Shown here piece by piece: positions 1 through 10,576 of a DNA stretch of 64,000 nt (position 1 is the stretch's first letter; every line of letters begins with the position of its first letter). Position numbers and translations under genes: made by a program. The stretch lies in the NCBI GenBank assembly GCA_035760705.1, contig DASTSL010000035.1, positions 2,769-66,768 on the forward strand. The letters run 5' to 3'. The notes under the pieces were generated by a model. The model searched no databases. It was not told where the DNA came from and worked only from the letters and a program-made list of their open reading frames with translations. The stretch is from Meiothermus sp. (lineage in GTDB: Bacteria > Deinococcota > Deinococci > Deinococcales > Thermaceae).

Positions 1-916
1 CGTGTTTGAGGTACAAGCTCCAGGGGAACTCGCCACACTCGAGCCCTTCGTTGCTGCGGGGGCAGGAGACCACCTTGCAGCCGGATTGGGCGAGGGTTTG
101 TACGTCTTGTTCGTCCACCTGCACAGCGTGGACCAACCTCAGGTTCGGCCCCAGCACCCCCAGGTCGGCCAGATATTGCACCGGGGAAACCCCCGGCGTC
201 TTCCAGTGGGGGCCACGATAGGGCTCGAGGAACGGCACGAACGATCCCGTGTCGTGGCGCAAATACTCCACCTCGGCGGGGCTTTCGGCCAAGTGGATTT
301 GCAGGGGGAAGCCCTCGAGCCTGGCGAACTCCGCCAGCTTCCTTAAAAGGGGGGCGCTCACGGTGTGGGCGGTGTGGGGGGAGATGCCTACCCTGACCTT
401 TCCCTCGCGTTTTTTCCACTCGAGGAAGCGCGGTTTTACCGCGTCAAATACCTCCTTGGCCTTATCTGGATTGGCCCCGATCACCTCGCGGTAGGCCACC
501 CCGGGCAACTCGGATTCCTCGAGCAGCCAGTCCATCACCTCGTCCCGTGCCACGATGTCCCCGAAGGCCCCCACGCCGATGGCCTTTAGTTCGGCATACC
601 CGGTCTTGGCGGCCTCGAGGTTGCGTTTATCCGCGTTGCCGATCACGTAGTTCATAAAATCCACGTAATGCCCCCGGAAGTAGGGGAGGGCAGAGAGATC
701 GAGGTGGGTGTGGGCGTTGACCGGGGCCGGGGTCAGGGCTTTCCCCTTGAAGATGACCTCGGCCTGGGGGAAGGCCCGGCGCAGTTCCTCGAGCCCCCCT
801 ACCCCCGCCACGTGCTCCCCGACCACCGCGACGGCCCCGTTCAGCATCGGGGTGCCGAACCCGGCATACACCACCTCGGCAGTCCAGAGTCGGGGGGAGA
901 GATCGCGAGGGTTCAT
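1..916 (-). CDS. amidohydrolase, COG0402 chlorohydrolase/deaminase family (3' end cut by window edge); possibly an aminodeoxyfutalosine-type deaminase
   Basis: Absent from the ORF track because it runs off the window. My translation of the minus strand from ATG 916-914 gives MNPRDLSPRLWTAEVVYAGFG...PVNAHTHLDLS...ISPHTAHTVS...QIHLAESPAEVEYL...SCPRSNEGL, with the HxH, later His and CPxSN motifs of this metal-hydrolase family. ATGA start/stop overlap with the upstream gene. Confidence 0.75.
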   Translation of the reverse strand, partial: MNPRDLSPRLWTAEVVYAGFGTPMLNGAVAVVGEHVAGVGGLEELRRAFPQAEVIFKGKALTPAPVNAHTHLDLSALPYFRGHYVDFMNYVIGNADKRNLEAAKTGYAELKAIGVGAFGDIVARDEVMDWLLEESELPGVAYREVIGANPDKAKEVFDAVKPRFLEWKKREGKVRVGISPHTAHTVSAPLLRKLAEFARLEGFPLQIHLAESPAEVEYLRHDTGSFVPFLEPYRGPHWKTPGVSPVQYLADLGVLGPNLRLVHAVQVDEQDVQTLAQSGCKVVSCPRSNEGLECGEFPWSLYLKH

Positions 917-1764
917 GAAATTCGTTCCAGCACGTACCGATTCGGGTTTCGTACGAAGTCTACTGCGCGATAGCCCCTGCTGAAGTAGTGACCGAAAAGC
1001 TGTCTCGAGTGGACGCGCCAGGCGTTTGCCAGGGCGGTGTCGGTGCTCAGGATTCGTCCCCAGTCCTCGGGGATTTGCAGGAGGAGGCGGGGGTTCTCGA
1101 GCGACAAATCCACCTGTATCGGTTCCTGGCCGTGCACCGCATTGACCTGGGGAATCCCGTCCACCTTGGCCTCGGGCTCCGGCGCGTAGATTCGCCGGTA
1201 GACCCGCTCGGAGTGCAGGTCCCAGACCGCGTAAGCCCGGTCGCTGGGGGCTCCGGCGTTGATCCCGCTCATCGGCCCGTAGCAGTTGGGGATGTACTCG
1301 TTCCAGGTCACGCCTAGCTTGCAGAGGTTGAAGCGGGCGTTGGCCCCGCGCAGGGGGTCGAAGGTCCAGACCACCTGCTGGTAGCCTTTACTGAGGCACC
1401 AGTCGCGTTGGAAGCGTTTGAGGAGCAAGGCGGCACTCGAGCCCCGGTACTCCTCGAGCACCCCCATCATGTGCGAGTGGTGGCGTTCGTTGCGGTGGGT
1501 AGGGAAGCCGAAGACGAAGCCCACCAGCTTCCCCTGAGTACCGGCGCTCGCCGGGTCGCTTCGCGACTGCACTTCGGTATAAGCCCCCGCCAGCAGCGCC
1601 CCCTCGTGCACCAGGGCCATCATCGAGCGGGCCGGCATCACGTCTTCGGGGTCGCCCCAGATGCGGCTTTGGAGTTCTTCGATGGGGAAGAAGTCTTCCG
1701 GGTCGTGGAGTTCTCGGATGACGATCATCAGACCTTTTGGAAAGCCACCTTTGTGCCGGGTCAA
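913..1764 (-). CDS. GNAT-fold acyltransferase-like protein (COG3375-type)
   Basis: 283-aa ORF. IRELHDPEDFFPIEELQSRIWGDPEDVMPARSMMALVHEGALLAGAY ... VWTFDPLRGANARFNLCKLG resembles the conserved Thermus/Deinococcus predicted GNAT acyltransferase. Its stop overlaps the downstream ATG. Confidence 0.7.
   Translation of the reverse strand: MTRHKGGFPKGLMIVIRELHDPEDFFPIEELQSRIWGDPEDVMPARSMMALVHEGALLAGAYTEVQSRSDPASAGTQGKLVGFVFGFPTHRNERHHSHMMGVLEEYRGSSAALLLKRFQRDWCLSKGYQQVVWTFDPLRGANARFNLCKLGVTWNEYIPNCYGPMSGINAGAPSDRAYAVWDLHSERVYRRIYAPEPEAKVDGIPQVNAVHGQEPIQVDLSLENPRLLLQIPEDWGRILSTDTALANAWRVHSRQLFGHYFSRGYRAVDFVRNPNRYVLERIS
1535..1574 (-). repeat. in-frame double-hairpin repeat, copy 1 (encodes ..QSRSDPASAGTQ..)
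   Basis: The minus strand reads AAGTGCAGTCGCGAAGCGACCCGGCGAGCGCCGGTACTCA. By manual alignment about 36 of 40 positions match 22477-22516. It contains two 5-bp stem hairpins (GTCGC/GCGAC and CCGGC/GCCGG). Confidence 0.6.
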
Positions 1765-1811
1765 ATCTTCGGGCCAGACTTGGCGATGAGCGATGAGCCA
1801 AAGAAGTTCGC

Positions 1812-2921
1812 TCAGACGCTCGAGATATATTCCGACTTCACCGCCAACTCGCTGATGAGGTCGCGCTTAGGCGTGACCCCGATGCCGGGGCCTTGCGGCA
1901 CGGGCATCATCCCGCTGCTGGCCTCGAGCTTCTCCTCGATGATGTCCTCCTCCCAGTAGCGGCTGGCCGAGGAGGTGTCGCCCGGTTTGACAAACATCGG
2001 CAGGGTGGCGACGTGGATGTTGGTAGCCCGACCGATCCCCGCCTCGAGCATCCCCCCCATCCATACCGGCAGCCCGTAGCTCTCGGTGATGTCGTGGACC
2101 TTGCGGCTCGCCAGGATGCCGCCCACCCGGGCCGGTTTGAGGTTGATGACCCGCCCCGCCCCGATCTCGAGGGCCTTCCGCGCGTCCTCGGGAGAAGTGA
2201 TGGATTCGTCGAGGCAGAGCGAGGTCGAAATCTCCCGCTGGAGCCTGGCGTGATCCAGGATGTCGTCGAAGGCCAGAGGCTGCTCGATGTAGTCGAGCCC
2301 CACCGCGTCGAGCTTGCGGAACGTGGAGATGCTGTTGAGCGTGTAGGCCGAGTTCGCGTCCACGGTCAGGTTGGCCTCGGGGTAGGCTTCGCGCACCGCC
2401 ATCAGGGGCTTCACGTCCCAGCCGGGTTTGATCTTGAGCTTGACCCGCTTGTACCCGGCCTCGAGGCTTTTGCCTACGGCTTCCACCGTCGCCTCCAGCG
2501 AGCTTTGAATCCCCAGGCTCACGCCCACCGGGATCTCGGTGCGCACCCCGCCGAGCACCTTCCAGAGCGGTTGGCCCAGGCTTTTTGTCCACAGGTCCCA
2601 GAAGGCCATCTCGAGCGCGGCCTTGGTCATCTTGTTGCCCCGGAACCCGCTGATCTCGGCCCAGAGTGCTTGGGGGTTGGCGAAGTCCTTGCCGATCACC
2701 TGGGGGATCAGCAGGTGCTCGAGCAGGTCCCAGGCTCCGGCGATGGTCTCCTCGCGGTAGTGCGGGGTGTGCTCCATGGTGGTCTCGGCGTAACCCTCCA
2801 AGCCTTCACCGTAGAGGGTCAGCACGATGATATGGCGCTCGGTCTGTACCCCGAACGAGGTCTCGAAGCGGAACCTGAGCGGCAAGGTGATGAGCTTCAT
2901 CTCGGCGGCTTCTATGCGCAT
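1812..2921 (-). CDS. enolase-superfamily N-succinyl/N-acylamino-acid racemase / o-succinylbenzoate synthase family protein
   Basis: 369-aa ORF with the MR/MLE-type pattern ([39 protein letters not shown]). The N-terminus resembles Deinococcus/Thermus NAAAR-OSBS proteins. Alternative start MKLITL at 2900. Confidence 0.85.
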   Translation of the reverse strand: MRIEAAEMKLITLPLRFRFETSFGVQTERHIIVLTLYGEGLEGYAETTMEHTPHYREETIAGAWDLLEHLLIPQVIGKDFANPQALWAEISGFRGNKMTKAALEMAFWDLWTKSLGQPLWKVLGGVRTEIPVGVSLGIQSSLEATVEAVGKSLEAGYKRVKLKIKPGWDVKPLMAVREAYPEANLTVDANSAYTLNSISTFRKLDAVGLDYIEQPLAFDDILDHARLQREISTSLCLDESITSPEDARKALEIGAGRVINLKPARVGGILASRKVHDITESYGLPVWMGGMLEAGIGRATNIHVATLPMFVKPGDTSSASRYWEEDIIEEKLEASSGMMPVPQGPGIGVTPKRDLISELAVKSEYISSV

Positions 2922-2937
2922 GGACGTATGCTAACGC

Positions 2938-2958
2938 GTCGAGGGTCGAGGGTCGAGG
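2938..2958. repeat. heptamer tandem repeat GTCGAGG x3
   Basis: Read directly from the sequence. It is followed by an 8-bp stem hairpin CTGCCGTA-cgaca-TACGGCAG at 2960-2980. Confidence 0.8.
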
Positions 2959-3091
2959 GCTGCCGTACGACATACGGCAGAAGCGAGCCGGTGGACTATG
3001 GCGTGTAGAAGTAGCTTTTCCCACGCGCCACTCGTCTTTCTTTGTATCACGTACCGCGTACGACCTCTCTCCTGACGTACAATCCAGCCAA

Positions 3092-3844
3092 ATGCGTATT
3101 GACCTCAACGCCGACGCTGGGGAGTCCTTCGGCAACTGGAGACTCGGAAACGACGAGGAGCTGTTCAAATACGTCACCTCGGCCAACCTGGCGTGCGGGT
3201 TCCACGCCGGAGACCCGCTCACCCTGCGCCACAGCGTCGAGCTCTGTAAGCGGTTGGGGGTAGCGGCGGGGGCCCACCCTGGTTTCCCCGATTTGGTGGG
3301 GTTCGGGCGGCGAGAGATGGCGGCGACCCCTGATGAGGTCTACGCCGACGTGCTTTACCAACTCGGGGCGCTCTCGGCGTTTTTGAAGCTCGAAGGCATT
3401 CCGCTCCACCACGTCAAAGCCCACGGAGCCCTCTATAACCGTGCGGCGAAGGATGCCGCCACCGCGAAGGCCATCGCCCAGGCCATCCGCGACTTCGACC
3501 CCGGCCTGCCGATGGTGGTGCTTCCGGGTACGCCGCTCGAGACCCAAGCCCTGGCCCTCGGCCTGCGGGCCGTCCGGGAAGCCTTCCCCGAGCGCGGTTA
3601 CGCCCCGGATGGCCGCCTGGCCGCGCGGGGAACCCCCCTCGCCATCATCCACGACCCCGAAGAGGCCGCCCGGCGGGCGGTGCGGATCGTCTTGGACGGC
3701 AAGCTCGAGGCCGTGGACGGTTCCGAGATTCGGCTCGAGGCCCAAACCCTCTGCATCCACGGCGACAACCCGGGTGCTCCCCAGATCGCCCGGCGGATTC
3801 GCCAAGCGCTGGAAGCCGAAGGCGTCGAGATCAGGGCCTTTTGA
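3092..3844 (+). CDS. pxpA: 5-oxoprolinase subunit A (LamB/YcsF family)
   Basis: 250-aa ORF. MRIDLNADAGESFGNWRLGNDEELF...ACGFHAGDP...GAHPGFPD is typical of LamB/YcsF. Confidence 0.85.
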   Translation: MRIDLNADAGESFGNWRLGNDEELFKYVTSANLACGFHAGDPLTLRHSVELCKRLGVAAGAHPGFPDLVGFGRREMAATPDEVYADVLYQLGALSAFLKLEGIPLHHVKAHGALYNRAAKDAATAKAIAQAIRDFDPGLPMVVLPGTPLETQALALGLRAVREAFPERGYAPDGRLAARGTPLAIIHDPEEAARRAVRIVLDGKLEAVDGSEIRLEAQTLCIHGDNPGAPQIARRIRQALEAEGVEIRAF

Positions 3845-5364
3845 TGCGGCGGGGTTTTTACCTCTCGTTTTCGCAAAAGCTCGACCCGGCAGAGAACGCC
3901 CGGATTCATGCGCTGACGCATAGATTGCTCGAGCGCTTGCTCCCCGGCGTAACCGACTTGGTCCCCGGATACGTCAACTTGTACCTCGAGTTCGAGGATG
4001 CAGCGCTCTCGGAGTCCAGGGTCCGGCACTGGATCGCGGAATATTCCCACGATTTACCTACGGAAACCTCGAGCGGGGTGGTCGAAATCCCGGTCCGCTA
4101 CGACGGCGAAGATTTGCCTCGGATCGCCGAGCAGACCAAGCTGAGCCTGGAGGAGGTCATTCGGCGGCACTCGAGCCCCGGCTATTACGTCTACGCGGTG
4201 GGATTCACCCCCGGCTTTCCCTTCATGGGCGAGGTAGACCCGGCCTTGCGGTTGCCCCGCCGCTCCGTCCCGCGCAAACACGTCCCGGCCCACTCGGTGG
4301 CGATGGCGAACGCCCAGACCGGGATTTACCCGCTTGCCTCGCCGGGGGGCTGGCATCTGCTGGGGACGGCTCTCAAGTCGGTCTACGATCCCCACCGCCC
4401 CGAACCTTTCCTGCTCTCGCCCGCAGACACGGTTCGTTTCGTGCCCACCGAGGGGCCAACCCCGCCCGAACCCCAGACCCTCGAGCTTCTCCCTACCGAA
4501 CCCCGCTATCCCGCCTTTCGGGTGCTTGAGCCCGGTCTACTCGACCTGGTGGTGGACGGGGGCCGAAGGATGGCCGGGCGCTTCGGCCTGGCTCAGTCCG
4601 GGCCGCTGGACCCGCGCTCGGCTCGAGTCGCCAACGCCCTCGTCGGCAACCCGGCGGATGCCCCGCTGCTCGAGCTGACCCTTAAGGGACCGGTGCTCGA
4701 GGCTTTGCGGGATACGGTGGTGGCTTTTGCAGGTTTCGCGATGCACCCCGAGCTGAACGGTGAGCCCGTCGCGGGCTACCAGAGCTTGGGACTGCGGCGG
4801 GGAGACGTGCTCTCGTTTCGGCCCACCGCGGAGGGGGTGCGTGGATATTTGGCGGTAGCCGGAGGGCTCGAGGGCCGCAGGTTTTTGGGCAGCGCCAGCA
4901 CCGACCTCAGGGGGAAGATCGGGCGGCCCTTGAGGGCGGGGGATATCCTCGGGGTAAAAACGCCGCGTGAGGTCCGGCCTGGTTTTGCTTATTGGCCCTG
5001 GAGTTTGATGGACGAGGCTCGAGTCCGCATCCTTCCCGGCCCCCAGGCGAACAGAGAAGCTTTAGAAGCGTTGGCCTCGAGCACCTACAGCCTCGCCAGC
5101 GGGGATCGGATGGGTTTGCGGCTGGATGGGCCGAGCGTTCCCGGCGGTGAACTCATCAGCGAGCCTACCCCGCTGGGGGCTATTCAGGTGACCCCGGGTG
5201 GCCATCCGCTGATCCTGCTCAACGACCGGGGCCGGATCGGGGGCTATGCCAAGCCCGCCCTGGTGGACCCCAGGGATCTGCCGATTCTGGCACAGCTACG
5301 GCCAGGATCACCGATTCGCTTCCTCATAGCAGATGAAATTCACGAGCAAAACATCGTGAAATAA
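3841..5364 (+). CDS. fused 5-oxoprolinase subunits B and C (KipI-KipA homologue fusion)
   Basis: 507-aa ORF with a KipI/PxpB-like N-terminal half and a KipA/PxpC-like C-terminal half, the architecture known from the T. thermophilus KipI-KipA fusion. ATGA overlap with pxpA. Confidence 0.85.
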   Translation: MMRRGFYLSFSQKLDPAENARIHALTHRLLERLLPGVTDLVPGYVNLYLEFEDAALSESRVRHWIAEYSHDLPTETSSGVVEIPVRYDGEDLPRIAEQTKLSLEEVIRRHSSPGYYVYAVGFTPGFPFMGEVDPALRLPRRSVPRKHVPAHSVAMANAQTGIYPLASPGGWHLLGTALKSVYDPHRPEPFLLSPADTVRFVPTEGPTPPEPQTLELLPTEPRYPAFRVLEPGLLDLVVDGGRRMAGRFGLAQSGPLDPRSARVANALVGNPADAPLLELTLKGPVLEALRDTVVAFAGFAMHPELNGEPVAGYQSLGLRRGDVLSFRPTAEGVRGYLAVAGGLEGRRFLGSASTDLRGKIGRPLRAGDILGVKTPREVRPGFAYWPWSLMDEARVRILPGPQANREALEALASSTYSLASGDRMGLRLDGPSVPGGELISEPTPLGAIQVTPGGHPLILLNDRGRIGGYAKPALVDPRDLPILAQLRPGSPIRFLIADEIHEQNIVK

Positions 5365-5380
5365 TACACGAACTATATTT
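5336..5380 (+). repeat. AT-rich dispersed element, copy a (TTCACGAG-N7-TCGTGAA...)
   Basis: aaaTTCACGAGcaaaacaTCGTGAAataatacacgaactatat. It overlaps the last codons (..EIHEQNIVK*) of the pxpBC fusion and lies between convergent genes. Confidence 0.7.
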
Positions 5381-5429
5381 ACTCTGCTCGAGTTTGGAGT
5401 AATGCTGGTCGAGCAGAAGGCTAATTCGG

Positions 5430-7038
<1,609 letters not shown>

Positions 7039-7090
7039 GCACTGCATTGTCTCGGGTCGCGGTGCAAAGCGCAAGGGTCGAGGAGGGATG

Positions 7091-7132
7091 GTCTTACGTC
7101 GAACGCTGTACGTACGACGTAAGACGTACGAC
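7091..7132. repeat. 11-bp inverted repeat (GTCTTACGTCG / CGACGTAAGAC) overlapping heptamer repeats GTACGAC-GTAAGAC-GTACGAC
   Basis: Read directly from the gatC / decarboxylase divergent spacer. Confidence 0.75.
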
Positions 7133-7150
7133 AAGCTTTAGCATAAAGCC

Positions 7151-8569
7151 ATGACTTCCGACGAATTCAAACAGCTCGGCTACCGCCTCATCGACTGGAT
7201 CGCGGAGTACCGCGCTCGGGTCGAGGAACTGCCGGTGATGGCCCAGGTCGAGCCGGGGTTTTTGAAGTCGCAGCTTCCCACCCACCCGCCCGAACAGGCC
7301 CTGGGGTTCCGCGGGATCGAGGAGGAACTCGAGCGCCTGCTCCCCGGCCTCACCGGCTGGCAGAGCCCCAACTTCTTCGCCTACTTTCCCTCCAACGCCC
7401 CGCTGCACTCGGTCCTGGCCGACATCGTGGCGACGGGGCTGGGACAGATCGGGCTCTCCTGGCAGGCAGCCCCGGCGCTCACCGAACTCGAGGAGGTGAT
7501 GAACGACTGGCTGCGGCAGATGTTCGGCCTGCCGCCCGAGTTCCAGGGGGTGATTCAAGACACCGCCTCGACCGGAACCCTGGTGGCTCTGCTCACCGCC
7601 AGGGAGCGCTCCACTGACCACAGCCAGGCTCGAGGGGGCTTACAGGCCGAAGAGAAACCGCTGGTCGTCTACGCCTCCGACCAGGCCCACAGCTCGGTGC
7701 CCAAGGCCGCACTGCTGGCGGGTTTCGGGCGCGATAACCTGCGCTTGATCGAGACCGACGGGGACCACGCGATGCGGGTAGATCGGCTCGAGGAGGCCAT
7801 CCTTAGCGATCTGGCCGAGGGCAAAAGGCCCTGTGCGGTAGTGGCCACGGTAGGTACTACCGCTACCACCGCCATCGACCCGGTAAGCTCCATCGCCGCG
7901 CTGGCCGGGCAGTACGGCCTTTGGCTGCACGTGGACGCGGCCTTGGCCGGGAGTGCGATGATCCTGCCGGAGTGCCGAGCGCTGTGGGAGGGGGTCGAAC
8001 ACGCCGACTCCATCGCCATCAATCCGCACAAATGGCTGGGGGTAGCCTTCGACTGCTCGCTCTATTACGTGCGTGACCCGCAGCACCTGATCCGGGTGAT
8101 GTCCACCAACCCCTCCTACTTGCAAACCGCCGCCGACGGCGACGCCAAGAACTATCGCGACTGGGGTATCCCGCTGGGGCGGCGTTTCCGGGCGCTCAAG
8201 ATCTGGTTCGCCCTGCTCGCGGAGGGGGCGGAGGGCTTACGGGCCCGGCTGCGGCGCGACCGCGAGAACGCCCGCTGGCTCGAGGCCCAAGTCGAGCAGA
8301 CCCCCGGCTGGAAGGTGCTGGCCCCGGTACCCTTGCAAACGGTCTGCGTCCGCTACGAGCCGGAAGGGCTCGAGGGAGAGGAACTCGACCACTTCACGCT
8401 CGAGTGGGTGAACCGGATCAACCGCTCCGGAGCGGCTTATCTGACCCCGGCGGTCCTCAAGGGCCGCTGGATGGTGCGGGTCTCCATCGGGGCCGAGCTG
8501 ACCGAGCGGCGACACGTGGAGGCGCTGTGGCGGCGGATGCGAGAAGAGGCGGAGATGGCTGAACGCTGA
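7151..8569 (+). CDS. PLP-dependent aromatic-L-amino-acid/tyrosine decarboxylase family (group II)
   Basis: 472-aa ORF. WQSPNFFAYFPSN..., ..NPHKWLGVAFDCSLYYVRD (PLP-lysine motif) and the overall layout match group II decarboxylases. Confidence 0.85.
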   Translation: MTSDEFKQLGYRLIDWIAEYRARVEELPVMAQVEPGFLKSQLPTHPPEQALGFRGIEEELERLLPGLTGWQSPNFFAYFPSNAPLHSVLADIVATGLGQIGLSWQAAPALTELEEVMNDWLRQMFGLPPEFQGVIQDTASTGTLVALLTARERSTDHSQARGGLQAEEKPLVVYASDQAHSSVPKAALLAGFGRDNLRLIETDGDHAMRVDRLEEAILSDLAEGKRPCAVVATVGTTATTAIDPVSSIAALAGQYGLWLHVDAALAGSAMILPECRALWEGVEHADSIAINPHKWLGVAFDCSLYYVRDPQHLIRVMSTNPSYLQTAADGDAKNYRDWGIPLGRRFRALKIWFALLAEGAEGLRARLRRDRENARWLEAQVEQTPGWKVLAPVPLQTVCVRYEPEGLEGEELDHFTLEWVNRINRSGAAYLTPAVLKGRWMVRVSIGAELTERRHVEALWRRMREEAEMAER

Positions 8570-8573
8570 ACGC
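8558..8573. repeat. GCTGAAC x2 heptamer repeat spanning the decarboxylase stop codon
   Basis: gctgaacgctgaacgc, read directly. Confidence 0.6.
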
Positions 8574-8575
8574 AT

Positions 8576-9244
8576 ATGGACGAATTTTCACCATTCCAGA
8601 CCGAGGACGGCTCCCTAACCTTGATCCATCCTTGGTTCAAGGAAGCTTATAGCTCCAAACACGGGGCCTGGATGCAGGCCAATGAGCTTTACCTGAAGCT
8701 CACCAAGACCCACGAGCATCCCGGCCCGCGGGTGCTGGAGATCGGCTTTGGCCTGGGCGTGAACTTCCGGGCGACGCTCCAGAGCGCGGTGGAGCGTGGG
8801 GTGAGGCTCGAGTACCTCAGCTATGAGCTATTTCCGGTCCCCGCAAGGGTGCTTGAGGCCGTCCGTGTTTGTTTACTCCCCGAGGCTGCGGGGGTCTGGT
8901 CAGAACTGCTCGAGTCCTGGCCAAGAACTCCGATCTCTGATCCTTACACCCTTCGAGGCGACTGGGGTAGGCTCGAGGTCCGCTTCGAGGACGTGACCCA
9001 AGCTGATTTCCCCCACAACTGGGCGACCGCCCTCTACTTAGACCCCTTCAGCCCGGAGGTCAACCCCGAGCCGTGGAGCCTCGAGGTGATGAAGAAGCTC
9101 TACCGGGCTGCCCAGCCGGAGGCTCGGCTGGCGACCTACTCGGTCGCGGGTTCGGTTCGCCGCGACCTCGCCCGGGCGGGCTTTCAGGTCGAGCGGGTTC
9201 CGGGAGTGGGGAAGAGGGCTTGGACTCAGGCCGTCAAGTTCTGA
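8576..9244 (+). CDS. MnmC/MnmD-like SAM-dependent tRNA (mnm5s2U34) methyltransferase domain protein
   Basis: 222-aa ORF. TEDGSLTL..., VLEIGFGLGVNF and ALYLDPFSPEVNPEPWS match the stand-alone MnmC methyltransferase domain (DUF752-type). Confidence 0.7.
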   Translation: MDEFSPFQTEDGSLTLIHPWFKEAYSSKHGAWMQANELYLKLTKTHEHPGPRVLEIGFGLGVNFRATLQSAVERGVRLEYLSYELFPVPARVLEAVRVCLLPEAAGVWSELLESWPRTPISDPYTLRGDWGRLEVRFEDVTQADFPHNWATALYLDPFSPEVNPEPWSLEVMKKLYRAAQPEARLATYSVAGSVRRDLARAGFQVERVPGVGKRAWTQAVKF

Positions 9245-9315
9245 GCGATCCCCCACCCCTCGCGCTTTGCGCCGCCACTAAGGTGCGCCAGGGGAAGTTT
9301 GTCGGATGAGGAGGT

Positions 9316-9372
9316 GAGGGGATATTCGGGTGGTTTGCATGGCGCAATTCCGGTCTACGTCCCGGCCCCCTA
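9316..9372 (+). repeat. intergenic motif sharing the TGGCGCAATTCCGG core with 16172-16229
   Basis: Manual alignment: ggggatattcgggtggtttgcaTGGCGCAATTCCGGtctacgtcccggccccct versus the copy after tkt. Confidence 0.5.
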
Positions 9373-9397
9373 GCTGACCCGTACACGACGGAGCCAC

Positions 9398-10576
9398 TTA
9401 GGGGAGAGGGGATGGCTGATGTTCGACCTGGGGGGCTTTGCGCGACCCGTAGCGCTCGAGGAGTTCCTCTCGGGTGATGTAGGCCAGTTGCACCAGCGGC
9501 AGTTCGCGCTTGGGAAGCTCGCCCCGGTAGATCCACATGAACCAGAGGTTGGCGATCCCGGTGATGAGCGTCTGTGCCCGGGAAACCGGGTGCAGCTTGA
9601 AGCCAAAGACCTTGAGCCCCACCGCGGCGTAGCTGATGCCGTAGACGAGCCGAATTTCGGGCTCGTTTTCCAGTTTCTCCGCCAGCAGCTTGAACCCGCG
9701 GCGGGTCTGGCGCAATAGGGTCATGGCGGGCAGGGCCGAACTCCGCACCGAGTCCAGGTGGACCTCGTAAGCCTTCACCCCGGGCTGGGCTTCGAGCACG
9801 GCGGGGCCGGGAAACTCGGTCGGCCCCACCGAGAGGAGGTCGAAGACCTCGAGCCCCAGCCGCTCGACCCGGTTTTTCTTGAAGTAGCGCTCGTGGTAGC
9901 CCTGGAAGGCCCGCTGCAAGCCCTGGCGTACCCCCAGGGGCTCGAGTTCCATCTCGTCCAGCCGCACCGGTTGGTAGCCCAGCTCGATCAGCCGGGGCAG
10001 GGCGATCTCGAGGATCTTCAGCGTGACCGGATAGCGGTCGTGCAGCAGCAACACCGAGCCCGGCTTGCACCACAGGATGAGGTGCTCGGCCAGCTCCTCG
10101 GCGGGCTTGTCAGTCCAATCCTTCGACTCCAAATCCCACAGGGCCACCTTTTTGCCATTGAGCCGGGCGAGGAGTCGGGTGAAGGGGGAGTGCGCCCCGT
10201 AGGGGGGCCGGTACCACGCACCGGGAACCCGCCGGATGTGCAGGGCCTCCTGCCAGGGCCACATCAAGAAAGCCTGGCGGTGCCAGTAGCCGTGTGACTC
10301 GACCTGATGGCCATCGGCCCGCAGGGCTTCCAGCAGGTCGGGGTGTTGGTCGGCCTGGGCCCCGGTGACGAAAAAGGTGGCCTTGACCCCGTGCCGGTGC
10401 AGCAGCTCGAGCAGGCTGCGGGTGTGCTCGCTGGGCCCGTCGTCGAAAGTGAGGGCGATTTTGGGGCTCGAGCGCGAACCCCAAGCGTAAGCCCCGATCC
10501 CCATCCAGCGAAACAGCAGGTCGGTGAGGCCGTAGAGGAGCAGGACGATGCCGATCAGCTTGCCGATGATTTCCAT
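9398..10576 (-). CDS. polysaccharide deacetylase (NodB-type) with C-terminal YkoP-like domain
   Basis: True start MEIIGKLIGIVLLLYG (ATG at 10576), then a TM segment and ALTFDDGPSEHT...ESHGYWH...LLLHD NodB motifs. The upstream 279 codons of the 672-aa track ORF overlap the MFS gene in another frame. Confidence 0.8.
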   Translation of the reverse strand: MEIIGKLIGIVLLLYGLTDLLFRWMGIGAYAWGSRSSPKIALTFDDGPSEHTRSLLELLHRHGVKATFFVTGAQADQHPDLLEALRADGHQVESHGYWHRQAFLMWPWQEALHIRRVPGAWYRPPYGAHSPFTRLLARLNGKKVALWDLESKDWTDKPAEELAEHLILWCKPGSVLLLHDRYPVTLKILEIALPRLIELGYQPVRLDEMELEPLGVRQGLQRAFQGYHERYFKKNRVERLGLEVFDLLSVGPTEFPGPAVLEAQPGVKAYEVHLDSVRSSALPAMTLLRQTRRGFKLLAEKLENEPEIRLVYGISYAAVGLKVFGFKLHPVSRAQTLITGIANLWFMWIYRGELPKRELPLVQLAYITREELLERYGSRKAPQVEHQPSPLP

